DNA of 63,150 bases, filler included, from Octopus bimaculoides (lineage: Eukaryota): NCBI RefSeq assembly GCF_001194135.2. It is 5 parts of 5 records of this genome, joined end to end, with 100 filler letters (N's around TTAATTAATTAA, not from the genome) between each part and the next. Parts side by side here need not be neighbours in the genome. Positions count along the whole stretch, not along the records: positions 1 to 16,204 come from NC_068996.1; positions 16,305 to 22,134 come from NC_068986.1; positions 22,235 to 30,482 come from NC_068987.1; 2 more parts are not named here. One strand, 5' to 3'. Positions 12,351 through 24,487 of the stretch are shown here, in pieces; the stretch's first letter is position 1, and every line of letters starts with the position of its first letter. Made by a program: the position numbers and the translations under genes. Under the pieces are notes generated by a model. That model did not search any database, had not been told where the DNA came from, and saw only the letters and a program-made list of their open reading frames with translations.

Positions 12351-13107
12351 CCAAGAACTTTATGATTCTTTGAGTCACCAGAGATGTCAAATCTGCAATT
12401 CTAGGAATCATTGAAGTTGAGGATCTTTGTACTATGGATTGCTGATAAGCGCTCTAAGCGTGGCTGTTGTGTCTATTTGTATATCAAGCTATGACCCGCT
12501 TATATTTACGAATGTCGAGTGCATTTCTCTTTAGCTCGAAAATATATGGACAAAAAAGAAAAGAAAAGAAAATAGGTTTGATTTTGGATTTGCAGCGAAC
12601 GCTTTACTACAAAAAGTAAAAAAAAAGGGAAAAGTTTACAAAACATTAAAAAATTGAATATATTAATCTTTAGTGCTGACTATTAATCAGTACACTAAAA
12701 ATGTTGATTACAACACATTCTTACAACACGTTCTTATTAAGTTAGAGTATATAATTCGACACAATAAAATCGCCGTGTGCGTTGTTCTTTGCAATATGCT
12801 GACGATTTAAAGCAAAATCAGACAAGAAAAATGAAATAAACGCGATATATAAAAAGGACAACACCACTATCAACTGGGAAGTAGCTGTGTAATTTGGCAA
12901 GGAAGTCAAAGAAAACTCTCTATATCTCATCCTGCAAGGCTGGAAAGAAAAACTGTGTACGCTGTTAGGGATGTTGATTGCTTCTGAGAAAATTATTAGC
13001 GAGAAGAAATTGAAGAATTGATCAATTTGCAAAGATATTAGCGTACGTGCAAATAAATAGTATGTGAGACAGGAAAGTAAAAACAATACCAATAATAATG
13101 GGAGCCT

Positions 13108-13155
<48 letters not shown>

Positions 13156-13282
13156 TTGTATATGTGTGTGCATGTGTTGGTGTGTGCGTCTGTGTTTGTC
13201 TTTGTATGTGTGTGTGTTGCTTGTGTGTGTGTGTGAGTGTGTATGTGTGCCTGTATGGATTATATGTAATACATCGTCATCG

Positions 13283-13662
13283 TGGCACTCCGTCGGTTAC
13301 GATGACGAGGGTTCCAGTTGATCCGATGAACGGAACAGCCTGCTCGTGAAATCAACGTGCAAGAGGCTGAGCAATCCACAGACACATGTATCCTTAACAT
13401 AGTCCTCGGGGAGATTCAACGTGACACAGAGTGTGACAAGGCTAGCCCCTTTGAAATACAGGTACAACAGAAACAGGAAGATAGAGTGAGAGGAAGTTGT
13501 GCTGAAAGAATACAGCCGGGCTGGACACCGCCTCTGGCAGGGCTTCGTGGAGCTTTAGGCGTTTTAGCTCAATAAACACACACAACGCTCTGGCTGGGAA
13601 TCGAAACCGCGATCCTATGACCACGAGTCTGCTGCCCTAATCACTGGGCCATTGCGCCTCCA
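13283..13662 (-). mobile_element. SINE family D, full length
   Basis: Reverse complement of the family D head plus complete tail T. Confidence 0.9.
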
Positions 13663-13706
<44 letters not shown>

Positions 13707-14249
13707 GTATACATATATGTATGTATGTATGTATGTATGCATGAATGTATCTATGTATATATATGTAAGTATATATGTATATATGCATGTATGTGTATGT
13801 ATCTATGCAAGTATGTATATCATGGCTCAAGCCTGATAGGCAGAGCTTAGTTTATATGCAAGCTACCTATCTGAGTACTGCAACTGAAATGCCATCTACA
13901 AACATATGCGATACAAGAACAAACAGTAAAGTAAAGTGCTGCACGTTCTCAAGGGACACTATGCTGTGCTGGGAAGTTCAATGAATGGACACAATTTATA
14001 ATATATCACCATAAGAGAAATATGTATCTACATAGAGTCAAGATAGTATGAACAAATTTGTTTGCGATCTTTATAAAAATATATGAAAAAATACAAAGAA
14101 AAAAAAAGGGAAATCACTTGTACATTGTGAATTGCAAGTAAGTGCAAAAAATTGCAAAAAGCATCTGCGATTAACATAATCCCTAACACTTCACTGAAGA
14201 ACTTGACCTGTACTCTGAGGTATATGTTGATAGCATTGAATGGTGTTGT

Positions 14250-14800
14250 AAGTTTACAGGAATAAAAAGCGGAACGGCTGCTGAAAGGGGAAAAAATCAT
14301 TAATTTCCAAAAACAATTGATACCAAAGACTTGTGAAATCATAGGCCTATAATGAGCATGCTACTTACATCAATATGCAACAACAAACTGATTATTCGTC
14401 TGGAGAGCAATAATATATTAAGAGACGAACAGAAAGAGAGCCGGAAAAGTATAAATGGCTTTGAAACTAACGATTATAAAGAGAATGAAACAAAACTGAA
14501 CATAGCCTGGATTGACTACCGAAAGGTGTTTGATAGTATTATGCACTTCTTGATAATAGAGACTTTCTACCATAATAAAGTACTTCCAATATTAACAAAG
14601 CACATCAACCATGCCAGATCAAAATGGAAAATAAAAATATTAGAGAGCATTGAAAGATAGCTGAAGCTAGCTCCGTACCAATATGAAAAGGTATCTTTTA
14701 GAAGGAGTTATTATTTCGTACAATTTTGCGTATCTCAGACTCCAAACTCACATATGGTGATCGAAAGGTGCAGATACTACAGGTAAAACTATGAAACGTT
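14250..14800 (+). pseudogene. Decayed non-LTR retrotransposon RT fragment, R4/Dong-like (RLE-type LINE)
   Basis: Translation ...HRPIMSMLLTSI...LESNNILRDEQK...LNIAWIDYRKVFDSIMH resembles the AWIDYKKAFDSVPH RT motif. A degenerate GIF.GD-type region follows; multiple stops and deletions. Confidence 0.75.
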
Positions 14801-14819
14801 TCCTCTTTTAAAATTTCTT

Positions 14820-15432
14820 TTTCTCTTTTACTTCTTTTACTGACGCCATGCTGGGACACCGACCTGAAGTGTTCAGTTGACCAAATCAGCCCCAGTTAGC
14901 AAGAGGTGGTGCGAAACAAAACAAAAACACAAAAACAACACACGCATGCATTCACTCATAATCACACGCGCACACACACACACACAACAAAAAGCACACA
15001 CATAAGTAAACATTCACACGTCTACATGCACACATATATACATGTACACATACATACGCAGACATACATACATACATACAAAACCAGAAAGGAGAATATA
15101 TATATATATATATANNNNNNNNNNNNNNNNNNNNNNNNNNNNNNNNNNNNNNNNNNNNNNNNNNNNNNNNNNNNNNNNNNNNNNNNNNNNNNNNNNNNNN
15201 NNNNNNNNNNNNNNNNNNNNNNNNNNNNNNNNNNNNNNNNNNNNNNNNNNNNNNNNNNNNNNNNNNNNNNNNNNNNNNNNNNNNNNNNNNNNNNNNNNNN
15301 NNNNNNNNNNNNNNNNNNNNNNNNNNNNNNNNNNNNNNNNNNNNNNNNNNNNNNNNNNNNNNNNNNNNNNNNNNNNNNNNNNNNNNNNNNNNNNNNNNNN
15401 NNNNNNNNNNNNNNNNNNNNNNNNNNNNNNNN

Positions 15433-15518
<86 letters not shown>

Positions 15519-15720
15519 GTATATTCATATTCACGACAAGCTGCCTTCAGATTCCATCTATCAAATCCTCTCACAATGCTTTGGTCGGTGCAGGTCTATA
15601 GTAGAAGATACTTGCCCAACGTGATACGGAGTGGGATCAAACTCAAGACCATGGGAAGTAAACGTCTTATCATAGAGCTACTTTGTGTCTGCACATCCAT
15701 GCCAGTGCCTATATATTTAC
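14820..15720 (-). mobile_element. SINE family A pieces (tail fragment 14820-14905; 5' half 15530-15720)
   Basis: gccatgctgggacaccgacc...aaatcagccccag and acgacaagctgccttcagattccatctatcaaatcc..., separated by microsatellite and a gap. Confidence 0.6.
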
Positions 15721-15820
15721 ACCTGCGCCTACACAGCTATGCCTGCGGCTACACAGCTATGCCTGCGCCTACACAGCTATGCCTGCGCCTAGACATCCGC
15801 ACTTGCGCGTATACAGTTAT
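15721..15820. repeat. 20-bp minisatellite, 5 units (gcctgcgcctacacagctat)
   Basis: Units start at 15721, 15741, 15761, 15781 and 15801; the last two are degenerate. Confidence 0.9.
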
Positions 15821-16248
15821 ACCAACGCTTGATTTTAAGATATTTAGAAGGTAACTATTCGTAAATTAGTGCTGGGCAAAAAAAAAAAAAAAAAGAGTGT
15901 GGGATAAGACAAATTGTAAACACTGCTATATAAGTGGAGACAAATTGATTAAAACTGATAGCATTAAATTGAGCTACAGATACCGAAGTTATTGGATTAA
16001 ACCCGAACCATTCATACCAATATATAGGAAATCTACTGAGAGTCAACACAGAAAATGAACAAGGAAACCAGGAAAGAGTACAATACAAAAGACAAACTGA
16101 AGTTGATGCTAGAAATAAGATAATAGTATTCAAATATTCTTATTATCACTGGTTTTATCATAACAACAAGAAGTTTAAGAACATGTTGAATTTAAAACAG
16201 AAACNNNNNNNNNNNNNNNNNNNNNNNNNNNNNNNNNNNNNNNNNNNN

Positions 16249-16260
16249 TTAATTAATTAA
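16249..16260. other. Assembly gap spacer TTAATTAATTAA (artifact); also at 22179-22190, 30527-30538 and 43939-43950
   Basis: The same 12-mer is always centred in 44 N + 12 + 44 N = 100 bp and places stop codons in all six frames. Confidence 0.95.
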
Positions 16261-16674
16261 NNNNNNNNNNNNNNNNNNNNNNNNNNNNNNNNNNNNNNNN
16301 NNNNTGGGCGAAATTAAGATAAAAAAACAATCATAAAAACGAAAACAAAAGAACCGCAAAACCGACCTCCCAACACTGAAAAATGCGAAATAAATCAATC
16401 TTGAACAGTTTTCATGTGGCTGGCTTTTTTTTTTCTTGCTTCTGCTGAATTTTTTTGTTGTTATTCACGTTATTGCTCATGTTCCTGCTGCCATTGTTGT
16501 TCTTGTTGTTTTTGTTGTGATTGTTTGTGTCTGTTGGAAAGTATAATAATTGTAATTAGCTTACGTGAAGAACTGGACTTTTCTTGCAAAAATTGCGTGT
16601 ACAGCAATACATCATTCCATCCAGTTCAGAATTAACAATGCTGAAATATATATATATATATATATTTATATATA

Positions 16675-17586
16675 TTGGGACATCCCATAAATAATGCGGT
16701 TTTTCAGTTGCATGAACTAAATGTCGGAGGGGGACGGGATAAACTACCTGCATCAAATTGCTATAAAAGCAGGTAGTAATTTTAATTGTCCTTATTCGTA
16801 ATGCAAGGTCTGATGATTGCAATTCGATTTTAACAGTTATTTTTTCAAAGCTATAATTGGAGTGACAAAGGAGCATATTCGGCATATTTTGCTTTATGAG
16901 GTCAATAAAGGCAACAACACAAGGGAAAGTACGAGGAATATTAATGCAGTTTATGGGGATCGGACAATCAGTGTAAACCAGTGTCAAGGGTGGTTCCAGA
17001 AATTCCGAGCCTGAAACTACAGCCGAGAAGAAGATCCCCGTCCTAGAATATATGTAGAGCTTGACGAGGACGTCCTGCAAACCCTGGTCGAACAAAACCC
17101 ATCGTAACTGTTGAGGCACTAGCAGACAAGCTAGAATTTGGTCATTCAACTATTCATCGCCACCTGTGTGCCATCGGAACGCCACCATCGTTGGTTTCAA
17201 AATGAAAGGTGTTCTTCCTTCAGGATAATTCTCGCCCACATACAGCGAGGATGACATTCCAAAGGCTGGAGCAGCTTGAAACGGAAACGATGCCTCACCA
17301 ACCATATTCGCCGGAGATTTCCCCATCTAAATGTCATTTATTCCGCTGTCTTCAAAATCATTAGGATGGAAAAAATATGAAACCTGTAGACGAGGTCAGA
17401 ACAGTAGTAGGGGTGTATTTTTCGACAAGTGAATTTTGGAAGTGGGGCCTTCCAAGTCTACCTAATAGATGGAAGAGCATTGTAGAAAATTAAGGACAGA
17501 ATATTTTAGATTAAAAAATAACTTTATCTTAATTTTTTAAAATAAAAGAAGTATAAAAAAACCGCATTATTTTTGTGATAACCCAA
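16675..17586 (+). mobile_element. mariner transposon, internally deleted and inactive
   Basis: 30-bp TIRs (16675-16704 and 17557-17586, 4 mismatches) with TA flanks. Translation VTKEHIRHILLYEVNKG...WFQKFRA*...QDNSRPH...HQPYSPEISPS. The WVPHEL and first-Asp region is deleted near 17180. Confidence 0.92.
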
Positions 17587-17601
17587 TATATATATATATA
17601 C

Positions 17602-17806
17602 ATTCATTTATTCTTTCACTTGTTTCAGTCATCTGATATCTGACTGCAGTCATGCAGGAGCACCGCCTTTAGTCGAACACGTCGACCCCAAGACTTATTC
17701 TTTGTAAGCCTAGTACTTATTCTCTCGGTCTCTTTTGAACCACTAAGGTACGGCAATGTAAACACAACATCGGTTGTCAAGCGATGGTGGAGGACAAAAA
17801 CAGACA

Positions 17807-17853
<47 letters not shown>

Positions 17854-17995
17854 ACATACACACACACACACACACACCCATGTATATATACGATGGGCTT
17901 CTTTCAGTTTCCGTCTATCAAATCCACTCACAAGGCTTTGGTCAGCCCGAGACTATATCGGAAGACACTTGCCCAAGGTGTACGCAGTGGGACTG
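17602..17995 (-). mobile_element. SINE family A, head truncated at the B box
   Basis: Reverse complement of family A; the head stops at cagtgggactg, where (CAA)n(TAA)n begins. Confidence 0.85.
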
Positions 17996-18004
17996 TACAT
18001 ATGC

Positions 18005-18056
<52 letters not shown>

Positions 18057-18076
18057 CAAATAATAATGATAACAAT

Positions 18077-18160
<84 letters not shown>

Positions 18161-18164
<4 letters not shown>

Positions 18165-18535
18165 GTCCGGATGCAGTACCAGGCTGCCCGGATGCAATAC
18201 CAGGCAGTGGCTCTCATGGCTTGTGATCTTAATTGGTTGCAAGTGTTGTCATGTACATTGTTTTGTCTTGGTATAAAAGATGGGCTACAGCAAATATTCT
18301 GCTTAATACCACAGATTTGCTTGTCAGTTGTTTGCCCTTAACCAGTTGGGCATGTCCCTTGGTGGCTGACGATATGTGCATCTCTGATCATGAGCAGAAG
18401 TAGTGGGGCAGAATTATAGCTATGTGTTGAGAAGAATTTTTGGAGGTTTGAAGAATTCACCTTTGGAAACATGGGTGTTTTGCTCAACATCCTTAAACAA
18501 CCCTTATTCAAGGACCTTTTGAGCGGGATGGGCTT
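18161..18535. mobile_element. Unclassified, probably interspersed element abutting a (CAA)n(TAA)n tract
   Basis: Complex sequence with a sharp boundary at a ~155-bp CAA/TAA microsatellite and a 21-bp-period duplication ccggatgca.taccaggc at 18167 and 18188. Single copy in this window. Confidence 0.4.
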
Positions 18536-18654
18536 AAGCTTCATTAGTTTTATAGTAGATCTGCCCCTGACTTTCGGTAAAAATTTTCATTTTCAAGAGG
18601 CATAATTCGTTACTTGTAAATATTGTCATGCGATAACAATATTTTCTAGGTATA

Positions 18655-18875
18655 AGGCGGTGAGTTGGCAGAATCGTTAGCACACTGGGCGAAATGCTTA
18701 GCAATATTTCGTCTGTCTTTACGTTCTGAGTTCAAATTCCGCCAAAGTCTACTTTACCTTTCATCCTTTCGGGATCGATGAAACAAGTACCAGTTACGCA
18801 CTGGGGTCATTGTAATCAACTTAATCCTTTTGTCTGTTATTGTTTGTCCCCTTTATGTTTAGTTCCTTGTGGGCA
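18655..18875 (+). mobile_element. SINE family C
   Basis: ggcggtgagttggcagaatcgttagc...gagttcaaattccgcc...tttcatcctttcgggatcgatgaaacaagtacc. Confidence 0.85.
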
Positions 18876-18907
18876 ATAAAGAAATTGATATTTTCTGGGT
18901 ATTTTAT

Positions 18908-19203
18908 TCTTTTCTTCTCTCATTTGTCTCAGTCATTTGACTGCGGCCACGCTAGAGCATCCTCTTGAAGTGTTTTTGTCGAACAATTCAATCCCGGGAC
19001 TTACTTTTGAAGCCTAGTACATATTTTATCAGCCTCTTTCCCGAACCGGTAAGTGACGGGGGACGTAAACATACCAACGCCGGTTGTCACGTGGTGATAG
19101 GGGGGAGGGGACACACACAAACACAAAGACACACAGACATATAATACATACATATATAAACGCACACACATATATATATTTATGAAGGGCTTCTTTCAGT
19201 TTC
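18908..19203 (-). mobile_element. SINE family A 3' half
   Basis: gtctcagtcatttgactgcggcc...agcctagtac...gggcttctttcagtttcc; interrupted by (GA)n. Confidence 0.75.
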
Positions 19204-19213
19204 CAGAGAGAGT

Positions 19214-19265
<52 letters not shown>

Positions 19266-20113
19266 AGAATGGAGGTAGGAAGAAAAAGAAAGAGTCTAGG
19301 AAAGAATAACTGACAGCGTGAACTCTGGAGTAAAAATGAAAGTTAGGAGAACAATGAGTTTGACGGAGGAATGCGTACGGAGGATTGAAGGAGACGGAGA
19401 AGTACGCACGAGGTGGGACAGATAATAAATGAGAGAATGAAAGCGAAAGACAGGGAGAAAGAGAGAGGGAGAGAGAGAGAGAAAGAGAAAAGAATGATAG
19501 AGACCAAGAATTAGATAAGAGACGAGTAAAACTGACAGAAAAGGAAGAGAAAGCGAGATAGGTGACGAAATATTTTGACAATGGGACATAAAATGAAAAC
19601 TGGAATTTAAAATTGGAAAGTAAACTGACAAGAAACGCAAAAGGTGATAGATAAAGAAAGAGGGTGAGAAGAAAACCAAAATGACTGGAAGATACATGGT
19701 TGAATTGAAAGATAAATAGGTAGACAGATATGTCAATCGACTATTTTGGGAGAGCCTCATATTCTTTACCAAGCTGAGTGCTTCTAAACGTCTTATATAA
19801 ATAAGTTAAGCACATACAGACAGACACGTGTATATGCTTATGTGTGTCTATATATGTATGCGTTTATCCAGTTATATCTCTAACTCAGCGTGTGTTTATA
19901 CATACATACATACATACATAAAAAAATACATACATACATACATACATACATACATAAAAAATACATACATACATACATACATACATATATTATATGGGGA
20001 AGTCTGTGTGTGTAACTAGTTGAATAGACAAAATAAAAGTATCAGAAATGCATAGATAGGTGAAATGAGAGAATAGAACATAAAATTTTCTTTCTTTGTG
20101 TTTTTGAATGTGT

Positions 20114-20158
<45 letters not shown>

Positions 20159-20373
20159 TACATGCAGACACATACACACACACACACACACACACAAACA
20201 CACACACGCACAAACACACACACACATATATATATACATATATATACATATATATATTTAGAGAGGGATACAGATATAGATACATATATATATATATACA
20301 TACATTGATACATACATAAGTACATAAATACATTCATGAATATATATATACATATATATATGTATGTTTGTGC

Positions 20374-20437
<64 letters not shown>

Positions 20438-22025
20438 ATATATTCACGTACATAGATGCATCAATTTTAGATTAGCTTAACTATGTTTGTGACATATTTT
20501 CACTTCTTAAAATAATCTCAATACAGTTTACCGCTGGGGGGGGGGGGGAAGAAAAAGAAAAAGAAAAATCTCTTGCATACGATAAAGTAGTAATACATTT
20601 TTATCACCTCCGTGACATCCTCCCTTGGAAACCGAGATGCATCTCTGGTTTGTTATAACCTCCTCAGTAGGAGATACCAAAGAGAGATAACCCTGAGCTG
20701 AATAGAAAGCCGTGATTTTATACTAGAACAATCAATAGTATTGACTGACGTACGCTCACTGCTCGCCTAGTCAGAACATTAGGAGTAGCGTGAACAAAGC
20801 TGATTATAGTGCATTTTCATTTTACGAGAATAATTTTTTCTGCGGTAAACTGTAGTGAAATTGACCTTAGAAGCGAAAATATCTGACGCACATATTTGAA
20901 CTGACCTAAACGTTATTCATTTTACTCCACTTCAAATGTAAGCCAAATACTCTAACCATTATATCACGGGCCTCCAACTTCGAATATATTATACCTTTTA
21001 ATCAAAAGATATAATTGTGTATCTCGCACAGTGTCTTTGTGATTCTCAATGTGATTCACAATGTCAATGTGATTACGTTAGGGGAACACATGTCTGAGGA
21101 ATGCGCAGTTGATTACATGTTATTCAGTTATTTCAGTTCATTGAATAACATCACTTTTCGTCTAACGACAGAGATCCAAGTGCACAATACATACATAAAC
21201 GCATAGATATACACATGAATACATACGTACATGCACACACATTCATATACGATGATAGTTTTGGATCTCTGTCCTTTGACAAAGAGGCATCAATTATTCG
21301 ATCAAATATTTACTTGGCTAAATAAACGATATACTTAATTGCTGCTTATATAGCTTTACGCTCCTCAAACTGTGCAAACTTGGAAGCAGTATTAAATATA
21401 TGTAGTAGAATCGAAACTAATGAAAAGACAGAACTAATTTCTTGAAATATGGATGAGCAATCGAACGAAGATATAAAACAACGTGAGAATACATAAAGAT
21501 AACACAATATTGCTTTCAAATTTTAGTACAAGGCCAGCAATTATGGAGGGGAGAGCGTAAGTCAGTTACATCGGTTTCAATACTAAACATGTAATTATCG
21601 ATGCCGAATTAGAAGCAGCTCGAGGTATATAAGCAAAATCGAACACATACACAAGGTGTGTCCGTTGCTAGTTCATAGGTCGATTGCGTTTTTTGCCGCA
21701 AAAGTATATAGTCTTCGATTCGCCTGGTGTTAAAAATACCTGAAAGTACGACATAGGCAAACCAGATAACTCATATCAGGCATCTTCCCGGAGCAACAGA
21801 CATCAATGTTTCGTTCTTCTTGTTACCTTTCAATGCATGCATATATCTATCTATATATATAAGCATATATATATATATATATATATAAAAGATAATAAGA
21901 GTGAAAAAACTACAGAAGGCTTGTGTTACTTGGTTAAAGTATATATTTAAATTATGTCAGAAAAATCTTAGAAAAATGTTAGAAAAATGTTATAAAATCT
22001 TTTTGGTATATAAACATTGTATTTT

Positions 22026-22064
22026 GAGAAATAACCGGTTTCGTGTTGTCTTTTCAAATTTCTC
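22026..22064 (-). ncRNA. Minimal type I hammerhead-like motif with a U3-A8 variant core
   Basis: Minus strand reads GAGAAAU UUGAAAA G-ACAACA-C GAAAC CG GUU AUUUCUC: perfect 7-bp stem I, 1-bp stem II and palindromic stem III (ACCGGU). Confidence 0.6.
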
Positions 22065-22454
22065 TACTTCATTGTGTCGTGTCCACTCCAGTCTGAGAAA
22101 GAAGAGTTCTAGATAGGGGGAGGTAATTAGGGATNNNNNNNNNNNNNNNNNNNNNNNNNNNNNNNNNNNNNNNNNNNNTTAATTAATTAANNNNNNNNNN
22201 NNNNNNNNNNNNNNNNNNNNNNNNNNNNNNNNNNAAACTAAAAAAATGTGATATGACTTTATGGAAAGTACTCCTGATTTAATTTAATTGACATGAATAA
22301 ACAAAGATAAAATTGTGTTAATGCTGTATTTAGCAAATATATATATAAAATTTATATATCGTTATGGCATTTAAAGATGTCTCATATTTAGCAAATAACA
22401 TTTAAAGTTTCAGTGTAAACACTTGAGTGAAGCACATACCGCTCGTTAAAATAA

Positions 22455-22660
22455 CAAACAAAGCGGTCCTATATATGGTCATTTGACCTGCTTGAAAGTG
22501 CAGTTGTAACTCTCTCAAACAACATCCTACTGCTTTTTTAAAAAAAAAGTACGTTAGTTAATGTATTCTGGGATATACAATACCTCATAAAAGGTGAATG
22601 GTCTCGGCTAGTATGCCTGACCATAGATTTGATCTATTAGAATTGAGCTGGGGGGTTAAA
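22455..22660 (-). mobile_element. Unclassified repeat family E
   Basis: Degenerate reverse complement of the E motif (tggtcatttgacctgcttgaaagtgcag) with its typical upstream part. Confidence 0.5.
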
Positions 22661-23508
22661 CAAATCCCTTCAAAGTGGGCGTTACCGCACCAGAATAAAG
22701 GAGGGGCAGTTGTGTATGTTTAAAGGCCTCTGAGGCAAAGGGGACGGTAAAAAGCGGTAGACATCGGTATAGTTTATTCTGTATTTTAGTCTTGCCTTCT
22801 ATTTAAATAATTAACTTTGAAAAAAGAAAAAACAATGCAGTTCTGCTGTAAGAAAGTCTAGGCCGAGCTGAGCAGCAGGTTTTCAGTGAAGAAGTACCCC
22901 ACCCTCGTGCAAGAGTTTCTGTTCTTAACTTCTGACACTGTAAAGGGACTGACCTGCGTCCAACTCATGACTTCTGGATACCCCTCTTCTGCCACATCAT
23001 GTGCTTCTGTATGCTTTGAAACCCTCCTGGATGGTTAAGGTATCTAGAATGTCGTAACCAGTTCGGCCTAAGGAGCTACTTGAATGTAGGATTAAATTAT
23101 GGCTTCTGAAATTCACTTTCATTCGTCCTTGACTCAGTCCAGTTGGAATTGTTCTCACCTACTAAAGCAATTGCCTTCAGAGTTCTAGTTTTCTTTCTAC
23201 TCTAAATTGAAAGTCGTTTAATGAGATCATATGCAGATTTTCCCACGTACACACACTCTGTCCCAATTATATGTTTACGACTTTGCTTTGGAAACTAGGT
23301 TCCCTCAGTCTGATTGTTAAACTGTCCTATTTTTTTTCAGCATTGTAGCTGTGTGCTTGTATTGTGATAAACGGCTTGTTAGCAACTTCCACAAAAATAG
23401 ACTTTGAAATGTGAATAAGTAGATAAACGAAACCTATTATATACCACTTATGCATGTATATTATAAACAAAAAACTAAAGTATTAGTAAAACCAGCTGGT
23501 CATGCTAC

Positions 23509-23551
23509 TTCAGGCTGATGACGAGCAAAGACTCAGAAACATGTCCCTGAA
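23509..23551 (+). ncRNA. Minimal type I hammerhead ribozyme motif, canonical core
   Basis: UUCAGG CUGAUGA c-GAG-caaaga-CUC-a GAAAC AU GUC CCUGAA: 6-bp stem I, all core nucleotides canonical, GUC triplet, palindromic ACAUGU. There is a C.A mismatch at the base of stem II. Confidence 0.8.
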
Positions 23552-24487
23552 TGCTGGCTAGGCTGGGTGGAGGAGTTTGTCTCCCCCTCGCAAACATAAG
23601 GACACAGTAAATGTGTCAAGGCCGACAGGAAGCGGTCCAGCTTCCTAGGGCTAAACAGCAGTAGTATATTCCCTTATTAGGATTGTCACATTAAGTTGGC
23701 AATATACAACAACTTTATCGCATCAAATCTCTCTGAGAGATTTAGAAATGTGTTATTTCTAAAATAATAATTAGCAGCAACAAATTGCGCCTTAAAAAAC
23801 ATTGTCGAAGTTTGCAGATATTTCCCTATGCACAATAAAAACGACCACTGCATCTGGATTGTTTAGTCAACAACCTGATATCTGTGTGCATATATATGCC
23901 AATGTAAAAGGATTGTTGCAAGTGCTCGTTATGAAAAATGTTTGAGAAATTGAAGTACTGGCTCAAACAATAACAGCTACAAGCCTCCCCAAAGGACATA
24001 TTTGCATTTAAAGTTTATAACTTATAATTTTTCTCAGGTGGTGACGGAGAAAACTAATCTTTTTATGCACTGCTGCAATCTTTTTCTTTATTATGGGGTA
24101 TGTTTTTTGGTGCAATGAATATTTTTTGTGCAGCTACTGTTGTCGACTTTTGTGTTAAGATGAGAGGGTGGGACTGTATCAGATTGTTTATCATTTTTAG
24201 AGACATTTGGCTGCTATTTCTAGCAAGCCAAGCAACTGCATAGAGGCAACAAGAGAAATTCTTACTTTCTTTTTTAAATTTTATTTTATGAGTCCAAATA
24301 CAAGAATAATTAGCAGCAACAACACAACAAATTGCGCCTTAAATGTCAAGTTGGCTGCAAAGAAAAAAATTCAGTCTTCCGGTATACAAGTTTAATTATA
24401 CAAATTTAAATTTGACTAATGTAAAGTGGTTTATCAGTTAAACCAATTTGCTCATGGTGCGAGACCTGCCGAGGGAAACAGACGAAG

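Noticed and set aside
15721-15820. Regular 20-bp repeats considered as a CRISPR array
   Set aside because: Head-to-tail units with no unique spacers, in eukaryotic DNA with no cas genes.
18360-18415. CTGACGA followed by GAAGT
   Set aside because: No GAAA and no stem I or stem III pairing.
20629-20651. Small hairpin aaaccgagatgcatctctggttt
   Set aside because: An isolated short palindrome, expected by chance in 63 kb.
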